From a virus (taxonomy: Duplodnaviria > Caudoviricetes), in the IMG/VR virus record IMGVR_UViG_2770939519_000001, positions 1 to 64,000 of that record: DNA of 64,000 nucleotides. The stretch is one strand, 5' to 3'. A model generated the notes under the pieces. It did not search any database. It had not been told where the DNA came from and saw only the letters and a program-made list of their open reading frames with translations. Positions 59,431 to 64,000 of the stretch are shown here, piece by piece; within the stretch, counting starts at the first letter, position 1, and each line of letters opens with the position of its first letter. The position numbers and the translations under genes are program-made.

Positions 59431-59460
59431 CCGAAAACTGAATAGAGGACATACGTTTCG

Positions 59461-59907
59461 ATGTTGAAGACCATCGAGGACACCGATTTCGACGACCCCG
59501 AAGACCACTTCGCGGCCGCCTTGCAGAACGTCCCGGGACTAGGCCCCGGCGGTGTGGCGATCCCGCTGGCCTGGGCGCAGATCATCTCCAAACACCTGGT
59601 CGAATGCGGATATGTGTTCGCGCCCTGGCTGCGACGGCTGGCCGACGCGGACGGCAGGATCGACGTGAAGAATCTGCCCGAGCAGACCAAGAAGCTGCAG
59701 CGTCCGGCGCGCGGCCCGAACCACGCGTGGAATCCCGCGGTGCGCTGGGTGCCCATGGACACCCCCGATCCGGAACCGGTCGTGCTGCCCGACGTCAACA
59801 CCCTCACCGACCAGGAACGCGGTGCGCTGCTGGAGATGTTCCGCGCCCGCGGCGACCTGCCCGAGCCGGTCCTCGACGACGACATCGCCCGTGTGATCGA
59901 GGGCTGA
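59461..59907 (+). CDS. Minor tail protein (DUF2744-like)
   Basis: DPEDHF..AL, SKHLVECG, RGP..AWNPAVRWVPMDTPDPEP. Confidence 0.8.
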   Translation: MLKTIEDTDFDDPEDHFAAALQNVPGLGPGGVAIPLAWAQIISKHLVECGYVFAPWLRRLADADGRIDVKNLPEQTKKLQRPARGPNHAWNPAVRWVPMDTPDPEPVVLPDVNTLTDQERGALLEMFRARGDLPEPVLDDDIARVIEG

Positions 59908-60059
59908 GCCTGTCCCGACACCGAGGGAAACATCTACCACCCGCCCGAACGGCAGGTGAGAATCGGGAGACAACCGGCCGCGATCTCCCCGCGGCCGCAG
60001 CTGTCTCGCCGTCGCTGCTTCCCGCACAGGTTCGTTGGAGTTCCCCGTTGATTCGATGC

Positions 60060-61454
60060 ATGCCCCTGAAACAAGGCACCTACACGATCGCCTCCGGGTT
60101 CGGAATCCGCGGTGGCAGCATGCATTACGGCCTGGACTTCGCCGCCGCCGACGGCACTCCGATCTACGCGGCGCAGGCCGGAACCGTTGCCTATATCGGG
60201 CCGGCGCAGGGCTTCGCGCAATGGATCGTCCTCGATCATCCGGCGCAGGCGGGCGGCGGCACCACGGTGTACGGGCACATGTGGGACGCGCACGCCACCG
60301 GATTGAAACTGGGTGATTGGGTCGCGGCCGGACAGCTGATCGCCTACGTCGGCAACAATGGCGAATCCAGTGGCCCGCATTGCCATTTCGAGGTACACCC
60401 GAGCGTGTGGCGGCCGGGCTCGCAGATCGACCCGGCGCTGTGGCTGGCCGGTGCGACCGAACCGGGCGCTCCGGTGCCGCCGCAGCCGCAGACCTACTTC
60501 GGTATCGATATCGCCTCGTATCAGGCCGGGCTGGATATGGCCGCGGTCAAGGCCGAGGGCTTCGCCTACGTGCTGGCCAAGGCCACCGAGGGCGACAGCT
60601 ACGTCAACCCGTTCTACTGCGAGCAGCGCGACGGTGCGCGCGCGGCCGGAATGCTGTTCGGCGCGTATCACTATGTGCGCGAGGGCAGTTCGGCCGCAGC
60701 GCAGGCCGAGCACTACGCCGCGGCCGAGCCGGACCGGGCGATACCGGTCATGCTCGATGTCGAAATCGGCTCCGGTGGTGTGGAACTCGTCCGTGAATTG
60801 GTCGCCGAGTTCACCGCCCGCGGCTACCGCGTCAATCTGATCTACCTGCCCAACTGGTACTGGTCCGGCAATCTGGGCAGCCCCGACCTCACCGGCCTGC
60901 CGCCGCTGATGTCGTCGAACTACGTCGACGGCTCCGGCTACGCCGCCACCCTCTACCCCGGCGACACCCATCGCGGCTGGAACGGCTACGGCGGCAATTC
61001 CGTCGCGGTGTTCCAGTTCTCCGACAGGGGCCTGGCCGCCGGACACGCACTCGACGTCAACGCCTTTCGCGGCACACCCGCCGAACTGGCCGCCCTGTTC
61101 GACACCCAGGAGAACGACTTGCCCTACACACCCGAAGATCTCAAAGCGATCGTCTTCGACTGCCTGAAGACCTACGTCGGCCCGATGGGCAGCGATATCA
61201 AAGACATTCGCTTCGAGCTGACCGGCGGCCGCGACTCCGGCCAGTACCCGGGCCATCCGTCGCTCTACGACATCCGCGCGGGCAAACCCGGCGCGGAAGT
61301 GTTCCACGGCACGGTCACCCGCTTCATCCAGGAACTCGACGCCAAGGTCGAAACCCTGTCCCGCGAGAACGCGGTGCTCGCCGAGAGGCTCACCGAACTG
61401 CTCGCGCGCCCGATCGCGGCCCCCACCACCGATACGGAGAATTCCCATGGCTGA
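60060..61454 (+). CDS. Endolysin (M23 peptidase + GH25 muramidase)
   Basis: HYGLDF, YGH, SSGPHCHFEV (M23); GIDIASYQ, KATEG, GAYHY, MLDVE, LDVN (GH25); start may be TTG at 60048. Confidence 0.92.
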   Translation: MPLKQGTYTIASGFGIRGGSMHYGLDFAAADGTPIYAAQAGTVAYIGPAQGFAQWIVLDHPAQAGGGTTVYGHMWDAHATGLKLGDWVAAGQLIAYVGNNGESSGPHCHFEVHPSVWRPGSQIDPALWLAGATEPGAPVPPQPQTYFGIDIASYQAGLDMAAVKAEGFAYVLAKATEGDSYVNPFYCEQRDGARAAGMLFGAYHYVREGSSAAAQAEHYAAAEPDRAIPVMLDVEIGSGGVELVRELVAEFTARGYRVNLIYLPNWYWSGNLGSPDLTGLPPLMSSNYVDGSGYAATLYPGDTHRGWNGYGGNSVAVFQFSDRGLAAGHALDVNAFRGTPAELAALFDTQENDLPYTPEDLKAIVFDCLKTYVGPMGSDIKDIRFELTGGRDSGQYPGHPSLYDIRAGKPGAEVFHGTVTRFIQELDAKVETLSRENAVLAERLTELLARPIAAPTTDTENSHG

Positions 61455-61659
61455 TGTTTTCACCAAGGCCGGTCTCGTCGACGCCGGTAAGCGGGCGCTC
61501 AAGACCTTCGCCCAGACGCTCGCGGCCTCGCTGGCCGTATTCACCGGTGTGCTGGACACCAACTGGACCGCCAGCCTCGGCGCGGCCGGTCTCGCGGCCC
61601 TGATCTCGCTGCTGCACAACATCGCCGGTGACGCGGCCGCCTCGGGTCAGGTGCGGTAA
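61447..61659 (+). CDS. Holin
   Basis: RALKTFAQTL two-TM r1t-like pattern; overlaps the lysin stop. Confidence 0.85.
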   Translation: MADVFTKAGLVDAGKRALKTFAQTLAASLAVFTGVLDTNWTASLGAAGLAALISLLHNIAGDAAASGQVR

Positions 61660-61665
61660 GCCACC

Positions 61666-62067
61666 GTGCCCGACACCCATCCGTGGGTGGTGTGGGCCTC
61701 GGTCGTCGTCGCGGTCATCACGATCGCGGCGGCGGCCGTGCCGAAGGTCCGTGAACTCCTCCGCCCGCTTCTCGACTTCATCTACGGATTCCGTGTGAGC
61801 CGCATCAAGCGTCAGGCCCGAATCGAGGCCGCCGCGGCGGTCCTCAACGATCAGCGCGTCGAACTGCTCTCAGTCCAATTGTCCGGCGTCGCCGCGCAGT
61901 TGGACGGCGTGCTGCGCCAGTCGAGAGAGGATGCCATTCGCTATCAAACCGAAATTGCCTCCCTGCGTACCGAATTGGCGGATACCAAACGTGAGCTCGC
62001 CGCCAGTCGAGTCGAAATCGCGGCGCTGCGAGCCGAATTGGCAGAGTATCGAGGAGCGCAGGCGTGA
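61666..62067 (+). CDS. Membrane protein with coiled coil (lysis-associated)
   Basis: N-terminal TM helix followed by a heptad coiled coil. Confidence 0.7.
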   Translation: MPDTHPWVVWASVVVAVITIAAAAVPKVRELLRPLLDFIYGFRVSRIKRQARIEAAAAVLNDQRVELLSVQLSGVAAQLDGVLRQSREDAIRYQTEIASLRTELADTKRELAASRVEIAALRAELAEYRGAQA

Positions 62068-62909
62068 CATTCCCGGTAGGCAATCCGCCCGACGGCGCGT
62101 TCCAGGTCGGGTCGAAGTTCGGTAAGGACCTCAACAAGGACACCGCGGTCGCGATCATGACCGGGGGCATCAAGCAGAAGTTCACCGATGTGCGCGGTAC
62201 CTACAAAGATCAGGTCGAGGATCCGATCAAGGACAAGCCGTCCCTGTCGCAGGTGCCGGTCGGATCGCCGATGTGGCAATCGTTTCGGGCGAACGAGGAC
62301 ACCACCTTTCCCCGCACCCAGCTGACCTTCGGCGCCGCCTCGTCGACCTCCTCCGGCGGCGGCAGCAACAACAGCCACACCCATTCGCTGCGTGTCACGC
62401 CGGACTATCAGCCCGCCGGACACGGCGCGAGTTACCTCGAACTGGGATACATCCAGGCCCAACGCGACCGAACCTACACCGAGGTCGGATTCATCACCGG
62501 CGGATCGGTGACCGCCTTCGGAATCGGCGGCTTCTACATCGGGGTGTATTCGGTCGACACCGCGACCGGCAACCTGACGCTGCTCAATCCCGTCTCCGCG
62601 GCGGTGGATATGAAGGGCAGTTTCGGTGCGACCAATACCGAATACCGGTTCAACCTGGGCACCGCGCTCACCGCCAAGCAGGGCGATGTGTTCGCGATCG
62701 GACTGCTCCAGGTCACCGCCCTCGGGCAGACCTGCTCGTCGCTGCTGTGCATCACGATGAACAACATCACTCCGCCGCAGATCAGCTCGGCGTTCCCGCG
62801 CAAGAACTACTGCTACGCCGGTGGTTTCTCCGCGATTCCCGCGGCGATCGGCGAATCCGCGCTCAACTACAACGAATCGAACAAGGTCCCCTTCTACGTA
62901 CTGCGATAG
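62064..62909 (+). CDS. Minor tail protein
   Basis: MTFP.G..PDGA...GS N-terminus typical of actinophage minor tails; beta-rich C-terminus. Confidence 0.75.
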   Translation: MTFPVGNPPDGAFQVGSKFGKDLNKDTAVAIMTGGIKQKFTDVRGTYKDQVEDPIKDKPSLSQVPVGSPMWQSFRANEDTTFPRTQLTFGAASSTSSGGGSNNSHTHSLRVTPDYQPAGHGASYLELGYIQAQRDRTYTEVGFITGGSVTAFGIGGFYIGVYSVDTATGNLTLLNPVSAAVDMKGSFGATNTEYRFNLGTALTAKQGDVFAIGLLQVTALGQTCSSLLCITMNNITPPQISSAFPRKNYCYAGGFSAIPAAIGESALNYNESNKVPFYVLR

Positions 62910-62912
62910 GTT

Positions 62913-63293
62913 ATGGCCGACAAGCTCAAGCACATCAAGAATTTCTTCGTCGCCAATGTCCTCGACGGCTTCGGATCCCGCCGCTATATCGGGCATCACG
63001 ATCTGGATCCGGCGCGCAAGTACATCCACAACTATGCGGTGCCGGGACTGTATGCGGCGATCATGACCGACGATCCCGACTACGACCCGCAGGGCGCGCC
63101 GACCGAGGCCGCCACGAATGCGGCGACACTGGCGTGGGTCAGCGACCTGCAGCGCGATATGCAGTCGCTCGGACGCATCGACCCGCATGGGGACCTGTAT
63201 CTGATGATGTGCACGCCGGGCGCTACCGGCTGTTTCATGGACGACCTGTATGCGGCGTTGGATGCCGACGACCCGGGCTGGCGGTCGCGATGA
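62913..63293 (+). CDS. Tail-region hypothetical protein
   Basis: 126 aa; in an operon with the flanking genes. Confidence 0.65.
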   Translation: MADKLKHIKNFFVANVLDGFGSRRYIGHHDLDPARKYIHNYAVPGLYAAIMTDDPDYDPQGAPTEAATNAATLAWVSDLQRDMQSLGRIDPHGDLYLMMCTPGATGCFMDDLYAALDADDPGWRSR

Positions 63294-63613
63294 CCGCCCC
63301 CGGCCAGATCGGACTGCCGCCGCCGGTCGGCACGATGAACCTGAAGAAGTTCTCCGGCCTGGAATGGCAATTCCGTTGGTATGCAGGCGAATTCCCCGCC
63401 GGAGCGCAGCTGTATCTGCTTGTCGGCGACGACGACACCCCGCAGCGCTGGGATTTCACCATCTCCGGTGATATGGCCACCATCGCCATCAAACCCGAAG
63501 TGACCGCGGCCATTCCGGACCGGACCGCCTTCTACCTGATGTTCAAGGCCAATGCCGCGGCGCTGCCTGTCCAGTTGGAAATGGGCAAGGTCAAACAGTG
63601 GAAGGCCAAATGA
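63290..63613 (+). CDS. Minor tail protein (LtfC/p132-like beta-sandwich)
   Basis: FPAGAQLYL...WDFTISG.MATI.I pattern; ATGA overlaps. Confidence 0.65.
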   Translation: MTAPGQIGLPPPVGTMNLKKFSGLEWQFRWYAGEFPAGAQLYLLVGDDDTPQRWDFTISGDMATIAIKPEVTAAIPDRTAFYLMFKANAAALPVQLEMGKVKQWKAK

Positions 63614-64000
63614 GCGCGCCCCTGATCATCGGCCTGCCGCCCGCCACGCCCGCCCTCGGCCCGGGCACGATTCCCGCTGGGGGAGTGCTGGTTCCGGTCG
63701 CCGGACGCGACGGCCACGGCATCAGCTTCACCGGTGTCAAGAACACCTACGCCGATCTGCCCACCGGGCTCGGGCCCGGTGACAACGGGGTCTGCTACCT
63801 CGTCCTCGAGGACAACCTCGCCTACTTCTGGAACGGCGCGGCCTGGCCGGCCAAAGGCAAAGGCGCGCCGATCAAGGGCGACCAGGGCGATCCGGGCCGG
63901 GGCATCGACTCCATCACCGCCACGCCTGCGGGCCTGCGCTTCGCCATGACCACCGGCGTGACCCCGGTCGACGTCGCGGTGCCCGCCCTGACCAACGCCA
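63610..64000 (+). CDS. Tail fibre-like protein, truncated by the window edge
   Basis: YADLP..L...D.G..Y...YFWNG..W repeat unit, followed by collagen-like KGDQGDPG. Confidence 0.7.
   Translation, partial: MSAPLIIGLPPATPALGPGTIPAGGVLVPVAGRDGHGISFTGVKNTYADLPTGLGPGDNGVCYLVLEDNLAYFWNGAAWPAKGKGAPIKGDQGDPGRGIDSITATPAGLRFAMTTGVTPVDVAVPALTNA

Larger units (their letters stand above)
1..64000. mobile_element. Temperate siphovirus-type prophage (both ends outside the window; no integrase seen)
   Basis: Canonical gene order: repressor, RecET-like recombination, replication, ssb/whiB/rusA, HNH, terminases, portal, scaffold, capsid, tail, tape measure, lysin, holin, with many ATGA/GTGA start-stop overlaps. 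Confidence 0.95.

Noticed and set aside
59934-61622. Long antisense/alternative-frame ORFs (also 38138-39271, 44262-45437, 12318-13406, 54159-55940, 3329-4177 and similar)
   Set aside because: Shadow ORFs of high-GC coding genes; they overlap well-supported genes and have no motifs.
1-64000. tRNA, rRNA, integrase, attL/attR, reverse transcriptase (DGR/retron)
   Set aside because: No cloverleaf, rRNA-like stretch, tyrosine/serine recombinase motif or YxDD RT motif recognised.

Overview
High-GC actinobacterial window, probably Nocardia or a close mycolata relative (inferred from gene families and codon style). It lies entirely inside a large temperate siphovirus-type prophage; no integrase or att site is visible. 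Left to right: a VapBC50-like toxin-antitoxin pair; an XRE repressor with a divergent promoter; YqaJ/RecT recombination, Xis-like and replication genes (initiator, primase-DnaB fusion); a cargo block (secreted Cys protein, NUDIX, SAM methyltransferase, frameshifted XRE-PRTase, inositol-monophosphatase-family gene split by a passenger-carrying IS21 element); ssb/whiB/rusA; a ~17 kb accessory region (ShosTA-like DprA+PRTase pair, lipoprotein, polymorphic nuclease toxin with a decaying DUF6301-like immunity array, flanking chaperone-like paralogues, three tandem 32-aa membrane peptide genes, exonuclease, orphan methyltransferase); then an apparently intact packaging, head, tail and lysis module running off the right edge. 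The most unusual items are the toxin with a conserved C-terminal tail that is repeated as relics before orphan immunity genes, the triplicated micro-peptide array missed by the ORF track, the XRE-PRTase/IMPase/MTase/NUDIX module, and an ACAACTGAATA motif before late genes. All family assignments come from motif recognition by eye; no database searches were run.
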